Below are positions 37,028 to 45,147 of a stretch of 64,000 nucleotides of DNA, piece by piece. The notes beneath the pieces are model-generated. The model searched no databases. It worked only from the letters and a program-made list of their open reading frames with translations, and was not told the DNA's origin. Each line of letters opens with the position of its first letter. Within the stretch, counting starts at the first letter, position 1. The translations under genes and the position numbers were made by a program. Where the stretch lies: assembly GCA_022710585.1 (NCBI GenBank), contig JAKLGV010000005.1, positions 4,053-68,052 of the forward strand, read 5' to 3'. The DNA comes from Deltaproteobacteria bacterium. GTDB lineage: Bacteria > Desulfobacterota > Syntrophia > Syntrophales > Smithellaceae.

Positions 37028-39420
37028 TGGTTAAAGTTAAGAGCATTTTAAACTCATTGTTTATTGTTATAATTGCATTTAGTTTTTCTTCTCGGGTAAT
37101 GGCCTTGGCACCTGATACTCATAGTGCAATCAATAAGTACATTACTCAGAGAGAATATTTAGACGATTATTTAAAGAATCAATTAGGAATACCAGATGGC
37201 AAAGATACTTTTTTCAATAATAAAAAAGTATTTGACTTAGTAGCCAATGGCGGCGCAGAAGAAGATGCTGGCATACGCTCGATGAATCATTTTCTAAATC
37301 CGATCACTAATAAAGGTTTGAGCCTTAATTATTCAGCTTTGGAATGGGCTACAATGCCCTTATTTAATCAAAAGCTTTCACCTTTTGCTTCATGGAACGA
37401 TGTCCGTTATTACTATTTTAAAGCTCTAACCTCGGTAGATAAAACAACCAGAGATGACAATTTCGCTATGACATTTCAGGGCATCGGAAAGGTCATGCAT
37501 TTGGTGGAGGACATGTCGGTGCCGGCACACACGCGCAGTGACAAGCACCCCTCACTCTGGATTATCGGTGGCGACGATTATGAAAGATGGTCAAAAACAT
37601 TCATTAAAGATATAGCTCAAATTGTTAATGATAATCCAACGACATTTTTTGAATATAATGATACAGCCTTTTTAGTTTCAAAACTCTTTGATACAAATCA
37701 ATATATCGGAACAAATCCAGACATCACAATATCATCTAAAAGTATCGGTCTTTCGGAATATACAAACGCAAATTTCTTAAGTTTTGACACAATTTTTACG
37801 GACGATTTTTCATATCCTTCTTATAACCCCGGAATAACTGTAGAGCGATACGTTGAGAATGAAATACTATACTTAAGTAAGATTGGCGTTGGTGAAGACA
37901 TTAAATATTTTGCCCGTGCTAACAATTTTTATAATTATCTTCCGTCTGATTACAAGAAATTAGCATTACATTTGGATGATGATAAGATTTATAATAATTA
38001 TGCCCAATTTCTCATTCCCCGCGCCATTGGTTATTCCTCTCAGGTCTTAAAATACTTTTTCCGTGGGCAATTGGACGTGGTGCTGGTTGATGGAAATATC
38101 AAAGTCAAAAATGCTTCAGATGAAACTATTAGTAATGGTGAATTCAAGCTTTATTATGATAATGCCGCTGGCATGCGAACGCTATTAACAACCGCTAGTG
38201 CAAATACCCTTGCGCCCAATGGTGATCCACAAACCATTAACTTTACCCTGCCTGAAGGTGTAACAGCAAAATCATACATGCTTGTATATCAAGGTCAATT
38301 GGGTGAGGAACCTAACGCTGTGATCGGAAAATTTATTCCTGTCGATAACAATCTTCCAATAATCTATATAGAGGTAGGATCTCAGTGTATTGTGTGGGAT
38401 GTTGAAAATGGAAAATTTTACGATAAAGTTACTACAGATTCCAGCACACCTGAAAACCCCCAATATGCCGTGTTTCCTTGTGATCCGACAACTATATCAA
38501 TGTGGAAAGAACAACAGACTAAAACAACCATGCATAATGCGTCAATGTGGAAGTGTGGAAGGATGGAGCCACCGGCTAATGGTGCGGAGGAGCAACTGTG
38601 CCCATTTGCTCTTGATGCAGTAGGCGCAATGGATACTTATTCAAAAATATATGAGTCTTCTGATGTGTATCCTCAGTATAGTTATGGCTCAGAGGATATT
38701 CTTATCTATTCAAAAAACTCTAAATACGATGATGGCTTTTTACGGTCTAACAATTCTGATGTGTTAGAATTAAACTCTTCCGTCTGGTACAGGGTAAAGT
38801 GGGAAAGGCATATTTCTGGAGACTCCTTCGTGACGAGTGATTATTGGTGGGGGGCCGGGTGTAAACAGAGCTCCGACGTCCAAGAAAAGTACAGTATTTA
38901 TTCTGTGGGTGAACCTTTTGGAATACCCTTTTTTGAAATATACAATCATCAAATCTGGGAACGTGAATATTATGGTAAAGGTCAGGATGATTATCCTTAT
39001 TGTAGAGGAAGTTGGAATGCAACGAGGTTAGCTCCACATCGTAACTCAGTTATTTATAAATTAATATGGTCAGACAAACTGGTGTTGCACGTTGCGTATG
39101 TAACGGCGGTTATGAACAAAGAAGAAAATAATTATGATGTTATTTATGATGATGAATATGGTGGATTTTACAGCGGACCTGGTACTAGCGTGTTGCAACC
39201 AAGGATTCAGGGATTAAAGGTAAATTTAGACTATAAAAAGGACCGTCTAATAAAAGACGGTAAATACGACTTGGGACATATACCAGTAGCTCCAGCTAAT
39301 TTAAAAACTGCCATACAAGATTTAATAGATAAAAGGTATATGGATCTGGGGTTACCTGTGACTGATATTCCATACAATATGTTTATGGATGTTATTTTTT
39401 ACGAAGTGAAAAGTATATAA
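37024..39420 (+). CDS. Exported protein with a zinc phospholipase C / P1-nuclease-like N-terminal domain and a large unknown C-terminal region
   Basis: Signal peptide ...RVMA|LA. Motifs HSAINKY, EEDAGIRSMNHFLNP and VMHLVEDMSVPAHTRSD. The start overlaps the upstream stop (ATGA). Confidence 0.6.
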   Translation: MMVKVKSILNSLFIVIIAFSFSSRVMALAPDTHSAINKYITQREYLDDYLKNQLGIPDGKDTFFNNKKVFDLVANGGAEEDAGIRSMNHFLNPITNKGLSLNYSALEWATMPLFNQKLSPFASWNDVRYYYFKALTSVDKTTRDDNFAMTFQGIGKVMHLVEDMSVPAHTRSDKHPSLWIIGGDDYERWSKTFIKDIAQIVNDNPTTFFEYNDTAFLVSKLFDTNQYIGTNPDITISSKSIGLSEYTNANFLSFDTIFTDDFSYPSYNPGITVERYVENEILYLSKIGVGEDIKYFARANNFYNYLPSDYKKLALHLDDDKIYNNYAQFLIPRAIGYSSQVLKYFFRGQLDVVLVDGNIKVKNASDETISNGEFKLYYDNAAGMRTLLTTASANTLAPNGDPQTINFTLPEGVTAKSYMLVYQGQLGEEPNAVIGKFIPVDNNLPIIYIEVGSQCIVWDVENGKFYDKVTTDSSTPENPQYAVFPCDPTTISMWKEQQTKTTMHNASMWKCGRMEPPANGAEEQLCPFALDAVGAMDTYSKIYESSDVYPQYSYGSEDILIYSKNSKYDDGFLRSNNSDVLELNSSVWYRVKWERHISGDSFVTSDYWWGAGCKQSSDVQEKYSIYSVGEPFGIPFFEIYNHQIWEREYYGKGQDDYPYCRGSWNATRLAPHRNSVIYKLIWSDKLVLHVAYVTAVMNKEENNYDVIYDDEYGGFYSGPGTSVLQPRIQGLKVNLDYKKDRLIKDGKYDLGHIPVAPANLKTAIQDLIDKRYMDLGLPVTDIPYNMFMDVIFYEVKSI

Positions 39421-39448
39421 AGACTATAAAAGAAAAAAACATCGGGAA

Positions 39449-39712
39449 GTGGAGGAGATGACCCGACTGTCGCAATCCATTATTACAGAAATGGAGGAGA
39501 CCAGACAGCCCTCCCTGCCGTTTCTGGATCCGCTCAAAGTTTTAAAAACCCGGCGCCGGGAAGAAGAGGTCAGCGATACCGTTCAGATGCGGAATTTGCG
39601 GGAAGAGCAGTTGCATGCTCAATCGAGCGTGATGATTGATCTGGCGTCTCAAAAAAAATATGTGATTCCATCCCATGTCACCGTCAACCAGAAAAAACTC
39701 TACCAGCTCTGA
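39449..39712 (+). CDS. Doubtful small ORF (87 aa, charged, GTG start), possibly a gene remnant
   Basis: ORF only. Host-like GC, no RBS, no recognisable family. Confidence 0.2.
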   Translation: MEEMTRLSQSIITEMEETRQPSLPFLDPLKVLKTRRREEEVSDTVQMRNLREEQLHAQSSVMIDLASQKKYVIPSHVTVNQKKLYQL

Positions 39713-39720
39713 CTATCTAA

Positions 39721-40070
39721 GAAAATGCAAGGATTAAAACCGCAAAAAATGGGCAAAAATAGATTAAAACCTGTTATTTAAGCACTTTAGAGTAGATAAT
39801 TTTTCCATCATTATCGGCATAAAAATTCTTTAAAAAAGCTTCCTTCTGAAAACCGCATGACTCATAGAATTTATGGGTGGGTTCGTATTGTTCCCGGGAG
39901 GATGTTTCCGCATAGACCTGTTTGCCGCCACTTTGCAAAATAATCTTTTCTGTTTCGGCCATCAGCCGTTTACCCAAACCATGTCCCTGAAGGTCATTGG
40001 CAACAACAATCCAGTAGATGTCATAGCTTGAAACCGTGGCGGGAACAAGGCCGTAGCACGTGTATCCGAT
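39721..40070. repeat. Right copy of the 350-bp direct repeat
   Basis: See 33019-33368. Confidence 0.9.
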
Positions 40071-40259
40071 GACCTGATTTTCCATTTCCGCAAACAGAAA
40101 CCGGTAGGAGCTCGCATCCTGCTGTTCCAGTTTTTCTTCGGCCAGTTGGATGGCAATTTCTATTTCCTCTTCGGAAAAGAAGCCGCTGAATTCAACCAGG
40201 CGGGCAATGGCTTCAACATCCGCAGGGGCTAATTGTCGGCGAAAGGCAATGGTTTTCAT
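39774..40259 (-). CDS. GNAT family N-acetyltransferase (last gene of the aminomutase operon)
   Basis: VANDLQGHGLGKRLM motif A, 161 aa. Confidence 0.85.
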   Translation of the reverse strand: MKTIAFRRQLAPADVEAIARLVEFSGFFSEEEIEIAIQLAEEKLEQQDASSYRFLFAEMENQVIGYTCYGLVPATVSSYDIYWIVVANDLQGHGLGKRLMAETEKIILQSGGKQVYAETSSREQYEPTHKFYESCGFQKEAFLKNFYADNDGKIIYSKVLK

Positions 40260-40282
40260 AAATATTTCAGTCTAAAGATATA

Positions 40283-41266
40283 TTATTTTAATGCGTTATC
40301 AACAATCAACCCGATAGCTTCAGAATACTTAATATCCGCCCGGGCAAGGGCCGCGGCAAAACCGGCATCCGGCGACAGGCAGGGATTTGTGTTGACCTCC
40401 AATACCCAGGGATTGCCGTTGCCGTCAACCCGGAAATCCACGCGGGCATATCCGCGCAAAGAAAAAACATCCCAGCACTGCAGAGCCATGTCGCTCAGCG
40501 CTGATATTAATGGAGCATCCTCGTCTGGAAAATCGAATTTCCGGATTGTGTTGTTGTACTCAAAGGAATCCGCGTGCCATTTGGCCCTGTAATCAACGAT
40601 TTTCAGTTTATCCGGACCATAATCCTGAAACAGCATTTCGGCGATGGGCAACACTCTGGCGCCGGTCTTGTCTGATAGGAGGGCAACGTTGAATTCGCGG
40701 CCTTCGATGTAAGCTTCGGCATAGCAGGAGCCGCCCAGTTTTTCCTCGCGAAGCCTCATTTCTTTTATGAGGCGCTCTTTTCCCGCGTAAGGAATGAGCG
40801 AGTTTTCATCAAGACCGATGGAAGCATGTTCCCAGGAGGACTTGATTAAATATGATCCGCCCTCATCGCGTTGCGAGGCGAAGCCGTTCTGCTCCAACCA
40901 GTCCGGAGTGGCGATGCCGGCGAAGCGCATCATTTTTTTGGCCAGCGGCTTATTGGATGTCTGGAACACGGCTTCCGTGCCGCACCCGGTATAGGAAATT
41001 TTCAGTGCGTCAAGAACCGCCGGAGCAAAATGAATCAGACTGCCTCTGGCGTTCAGCGTTTCCACGATGTTGAAAACGACCGCCGGCTTTAGCAATTGCA
41101 GCATGGCGATGTTTTGATTCAGATTGAGTTCAAACGGCAAAAGGGCAGGTTCATAATTCAGTGCGCGCAGGGCTTCGGCGATGGCTTGAGCCTGAACCAG
41201 GCAATCCAGTTCATCATCCGGAGCATCCGGCGTAATCTCGCTGTGTAAAATGACAATTTTTTTCAT
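40283..41266 (-). CDS. ATP-grasp ligase, D-Ala-D-Ala-ligase-like
   Basis: Pre-ATP-grasp N domain, central KSSWEHASIG and YIEGREFNV, C-terminal RVDFRVD...PWVLEVNTNPCLS Mg/ATP motif. Confidence 0.8.
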   Translation of the reverse strand: MKKIVILHSEITPDAPDDELDCLVQAQAIAEALRALNYEPALLPFELNLNQNIAMLQLLKPAVVFNIVETLNARGSLIHFAPAVLDALKISYTGCGTEAVFQTSNKPLAKKMMRFAGIATPDWLEQNGFASQRDEGGSYLIKSSWEHASIGLDENSLIPYAGKERLIKEMRLREEKLGGSCYAEAYIEGREFNVALLSDKTGARVLPIAEMLFQDYGPDKLKIVDYRAKWHADSFEYNNTIRKFDFPDEDAPLISALSDMALQCWDVFSLRGYARVDFRVDGNGNPWVLEVNTNPCLSPDAGFAAALARADIKYSEAIGLIVDNALK

Positions 41267-41293
41267 CTGAATCTTTTCCGGTCTCGCCGGTGC

Positions 41294-42292
41294 TTATTTT
41301 TTTACGCGCTTCAGGGCGGATTTCAGAATGGCGCTGATCAGTTTATGATAGCTCATGCCTATTTTATTGCATAAGATGGGCAAATCCGAGCGTACGGGAT
41401 TGAGTCCGGCCAGAGAATTGACTTCCATAAAATGGGGGATGCCGTGAACATTAGATCGCAAATCAATGCGGCCGGCATCTTTTAAATCCAGTCCGCGCCA
41501 GGCCATCAGGGAAATTTCCATGGCTTTTTGCGCCTCCTCATCGTTGACCAGAACATACTCCACCAATTTGTCGTAGTGCTCTTTGTTTTCGTAGGAGTAG
41601 GCGTTCTTTTCCGCGTCGGGTTTGAGAATGACTTCCATGGCCCCCAGCGCCCGCGCGTCTTTACCCGTTCCCAGAATACCCACTGTAAATTCTCGTCCGG
41701 GAAGATACGTTTCCACCAGCACCGGCTGACGAAAATCCTTGAGAAGCTGTTTGCAGACCTTTTCCAGATTTTTCCGCGATGTTATTTTGGAAAGCGCCGT
41801 AATGCCTTTGCCCGTTCCCTCGGCCACGGGCTTGGCAAAAAGGGGAAAGGGAAGATGAACCATGTCTATATCTTTGACGTCGCTCACCACGGTAAAGTCA
41901 GGCGTGGGGATTCCCAGATCGCGCAGAATCTGTTTGGTGAAGCCTTTGTGCAGCGTCACAGCGTTGCCCAGAGGATCGGAAAACGTATAGGGAATGTTGA
42001 ACGCTTCCAGCAGGGCCGGCACCTGCGCCTCGCGGCCGAAACCGTACAGGCCTTCCGCGATGTTAAAAACCAGATCCCAGCGGTCTCCTTTCGCGAGCCG
42101 ACGGGTCAGAGCCTTGATGTTGCCGATACGATCGGTTTGAAAGCCGCCATCCAGAATGACCCTTTCAATGGCTTCAATGGTGTCGGGGAGATCGAATTCA
42201 GCGGTTTCTTCGAGACCGTATCCTTCTTTCAGGTAATCTTCGCGCAGATCATAGGTGAGGCCGATTTTGAGTTTGTTGCGGACACGACTCAC
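41294..42292 (-). CDS. ATP-grasp ligase, D-Ala-D-Ala-ligase family (second paralogue)
   Basis: PLFAKPVAEGTGKGI, YLPGREFTVGILG and RIDLRSN...PHFMEVNSLAGL motifs. Confidence 0.8.
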   Translation of the reverse strand: MSRVRNKLKIGLTYDLREDYLKEGYGLEETAEFDLPDTIEAIERVILDGGFQTDRIGNIKALTRRLAKGDRWDLVFNIAEGLYGFGREAQVPALLEAFNIPYTFSDPLGNAVTLHKGFTKQILRDLGIPTPDFTVVSDVKDIDMVHLPFPLFAKPVAEGTGKGITALSKITSRKNLEKVCKQLLKDFRQPVLVETYLPGREFTVGILGTGKDARALGAMEVILKPDAEKNAYSYENKEHYDKLVEYVLVNDEEAQKAMEISLMAWRGLDLKDAGRIDLRSNVHGIPHFMEVNSLAGLNPVRSDLPILCNKIGMSYHKLISAILKSALKRVKK

Positions 42293-42330
42293 GATGGATT
42301 TACCTACCCCCTGCCATAAGATTGCGGTGA

Positions 42331-43641
42331 TTAATGAATGTCTTTCAACATGGCGTGATTATCGGGGTAGCGGTACGTGTTGCCTTCGTAATTGCGCAGC
42401 AGCAGGTCGCCGTTTTCCCAGCCGATGGCGTATTCGGGAAGCAATGGAATTTTGCCGCCGCCGCCCGGGGCATCTACAACATAGGTAGGTACAGCGTAAC
42501 CCGTGGTGTGGCCGCGCAGTCCCTGAATAATTTCCAATCCCTTGTTGATCGGCGTCCGGAAATGGGAGGAGCCGGGAATGGGATCACATTGATAGAGATA
42601 ATAAGGACGCACCCGGATTTGCAGTTGCCCGTGGACCAGTCTGGTCATCGTGGCCACATCATCATTGACGTTGGCCAGTAGAACGGTCTGGCTGCCCAGC
42701 GGAATACCGGCATCGGCCAGACGAATGCAGGCGGCGCTCATTTCCGGCGTCAGTTCTTTGGGATGGGTAATATGAATGCTCATCCAGAGCGGATGGTATT
42801 TTCTCAGCATGGTGGTCAGCGCCGGCGTGATGCGCTGCGGCAGTACAACCGGGACCTTGGTACCGATGCGCACCATTTCGACATGGCGGATTTTGTGCAG
42901 ACGCGCCAGCAGCCATTCCAGCTTCTCGTCGGAAAGCGTGAGCGGGTCGCCGCCGGAGAGCAGCACGTCGCGGACATTTTTATTACCGGCGATATAATCG
43001 ATGGCTGTATTCCATTTTTCGTAATTCAAGGACCGGTGGGCGCTCCGTTCGATGATTCGGGAGCGGGTGCAGTAACGGCAGTACGTCGAGCAGGTATCGG
43101 TCACCAGAAACAGCACGCGGTCGGGATAGCGGTGGATAATACCCGGCACGGGAGAATCCACATCTTCGCAGAGCGGATCTTCCTCTTCACCCGCGGTGTG
43201 CAGACATTCATCCACCACCGGCACCACGCAGCGTCGCAGCGGATCGGCGGGATCGTCGGCGTCCAGCAGACTGGCGTAATAAGGTGTAATGGAAACGGGC
43301 AGCGCGCCGGAATGATGCATCATGGCCTGACGCTCGTTGTCCGAAAGATTGATGATCTGCGAGAGTGTGTCCACATCCCGGATGGCGTTGTGCAACTGCC
43401 AGCGCCAGTCGAACCACTCCAGGCGGGTAATATCGGGATATTGGTTTGTTCGAAAGATACGGGATCGGGCGGAATCTTTAAAAGGAAATAAGGCACTGCT
43501 TGACTTTTGTTTGACCGCGTAAGGCTGCGCGATCTCGGAGCTGAATAACAAAAAGTCACTTACATTATTTTTAGCATGAACAAGACCGGTCAACTGACCA
43601 GGAGGTTCCTCCTCCTCATTAAACAGGGTCTCGCTTTCCAT
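42331..43641 (-). CDS. kamA: KamA-family radical SAM/PLP aminomutase with lysine-2,3-aminomutase-type substrate residues
   Basis: CSTYCRYC cluster motif, HRYPDRVLFLVTD, YQCD and VVDAPGGGGK. Near-colinear with Clostridium subterminale LAM. Confidence 0.85.
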   Translation of the reverse strand: MESETLFNEEEEPPGQLTGLVHAKNNVSDFLLFSSEIAQPYAVKQKSSSALFPFKDSARSRIFRTNQYPDITRLEWFDWRWQLHNAIRDVDTLSQIINLSDNERQAMMHHSGALPVSITPYYASLLDADDPADPLRRCVVPVVDECLHTAGEEEDPLCEDVDSPVPGIIHRYPDRVLFLVTDTCSTYCRYCTRSRIIERSAHRSLNYEKWNTAIDYIAGNKNVRDVLLSGGDPLTLSDEKLEWLLARLHKIRHVEMVRIGTKVPVVLPQRITPALTTMLRKYHPLWMSIHITHPKELTPEMSAACIRLADAGIPLGSQTVLLANVNDDVATMTRLVHGQLQIRVRPYYLYQCDPIPGSSHFRTPINKGLEIIQGLRGHTTGYAVPTYVVDAPGGGGKIPLLPEYAIGWENGDLLLRNYEGNTYRYPDNHAMLKDIH

Positions 43642-43709
43642 TCGTGCCTCCTTGATGCGGGTGTCCCTCCCCCAAAATAAATTTTCACAAAAAAATCTGT
43701 TGATTTACG

Positions 43710-43737
43710 AATGTACTCATACAAAAATTTTTGTCAA
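43710..43737 (-). promoter_or_regulatory. Candidate sigma70 promoter of the kamA-like operon
   Basis: On the minus strand: TTGACA (43737-43732), 16-nt spacer, TACATT (43715-43710). AAGGAGG RBS at 43655-43649. Confidence 0.4.
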
Positions 43738-44175
43738 CAATTTTTTGCACTTTTGCCGAAAAAAAATGAAAAAATTTTGCCGAGGATGACGTCAAAAAAA
43801 ATTTTCATGCCCGTCATCCATTTTATCCCGGAGACAAACTCAAAATTTTGACGATGAACGGCTCTCTTGCTAAAGCGTCGATATCGCTGTAACCCGCATG
43901 AACATTGACTCAGAGAAGAATCATTACCAAAGAATGCGCCGGATCACTTCATCAGTGGTATCCGTCTGCGCGTTATGAGAAACGGAAACGTCTGATGCTG
44001 CCGTTTAACGCCGACCGGCAGCATATCGAACGAAAGAAAAGCGCTTGGTTCGTGATGCCCATATTTTTCGCTCCGGGAAAAATCAATGGTCAGGGAAAAT
44101 TTTTTCTAGTATGATACGGATAATCATCCGGCGAAACCGTAAAATCGTCCGCCCATTCCACTATGGAGTTGATTA

Positions 44176-44949
44176 ATGCCCGAATTACCTGAAGTCGAAA
44201 CGCTGTGCCGCCAGTTGCGCCGGAAAATTTCCGGCGGGAAGATTCTGGACAGCAAAATTTACGACCAAAAGCTCACCGGCATTAAAAATCTCAAGGGATG
44301 CGTCGTCTCGGCAGTGGAGCGCAGGGGAAAAACCATCACGATTTTTCTCGCTGAAGGACCATGCGCGCTCATTCATCTGCGCATGACGGGGCGGTTCTTC
44401 TGGCAGAAGGATTCATCAAGGCCGAAGCACAGTCGATGGAAAATGACCTTCAAGGACGGCCACGTATTTCTCGTTGATCCCCGACGTTTCGCGACCATCA
44501 ACGTTCAAAAGGCAACGCCGGAGAAAATTCAAAACGACCTTATCACCGATTTCGACGAGAAAACTTTCTTCGAAAAACATGCTGGGCGAAGGGTGAACAT
44601 TAAAAACCTGCTGATGGATCCGCGGGCCATAGCCGGCATCGGCAACATTTACGTCTGTGAGATTCTCCATCGCGCGGGCATCTCGCCGCTCAAGTCGGCT
44701 TTGGATTTATCCGGAGAAGAATGGAAAAAAATTTTTACCAACGCCCGGCGCATTCTAAAAAAGGCGATTGAAAAGAGAGGCACTTCCATTTCCGATTGGC
44801 GGGACCTGTATGGCAGGAAAGGTGAAAATCAGCATGAGTTGAAAGCCTACGGTCGGGACGGGAAACGCTGTCTGGTTTGCGGCGGATCCATCCGCCGGAT
44901 CAAACAGGGCGGACGCAGCACTTTTTATTGTCCAGATTGCCAGACATAA
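44176..44949 (+). CDS. mutM: Formamidopyrimidine-DNA glycosylase
   Basis: MPELPEVE N terminus and a C-terminal CxxC...CxxC zinc finger. Confidence 0.9.
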   Translation: MPELPEVETLCRQLRRKISGGKILDSKIYDQKLTGIKNLKGCVVSAVERRGKTITIFLAEGPCALIHLRMTGRFFWQKDSSRPKHSRWKMTFKDGHVFLVDPRRFATINVQKATPEKIQNDLITDFDEKTFFEKHAGRRVNIKNLLMDPRAIAGIGNIYVCEILHRAGISPLKSALDLSGEEWKKIFTNARRILKKAIEKRGTSISDWRDLYGRKGENQHELKAYGRDGKRCLVCGGSIRRIKQGGRSTFYCPDCQT

Positions 44950-45044
44950 GATTCAATAAAAATCAGCATAATCCTATAAATATTCATTAGTTAAGTTAAA
45001 GGTAGGACATGTTCCTGATCTGCACCATGTTATTTTTAATATAA

Positions 45045-45118
45045 TTGACAGAATCGAAGTCATTTTGTATGAAACATTTCTGATTTATGCCAAGAATGTC
45101 ATATATCAGAAATGACAT
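45045..45118 (+). promoter_or_regulatory. Candidate fdhA promoter plus nested inverted repeats in the leader
   Basis: TTGACA 45045-45050, 17-nt spacer, TATGAA 45068-45073. IR catttctgat (45075-84) / atcagaaatg (45105-14). IR atgtcat (45096-102) / atgacat (45112-18). Confidence 0.35.
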
Positions 45119-45147
45119 CAATTCGATGATGGAAAGGTGAGTATGTT

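Noticed and set aside
41528-43491. Long plus-strand ORFs (263 aa and 242 aa) opposite the ATP-grasp and aminomutase genes
   Set aside because: These are shadow ORFs in GC-rich coding sequence. The minus-strand products carry diagnostic motifs.
43642-43760. Possible lysine riboswitch upstream of the aminomutase operon
   Set aside because: The candidate promoter leaves a leader of only about 60 nt, too short for an L-box, and no L-box-like conserved segments were seen.
43905-44114. 69-aa ORF in the 534-bp intergenic region between the kamA-like gene and mutM
   Set aside because: It has a TTG start, no RBS and a basic low-complexity product. The region is better explained as two divergent promoter/regulatory regions.
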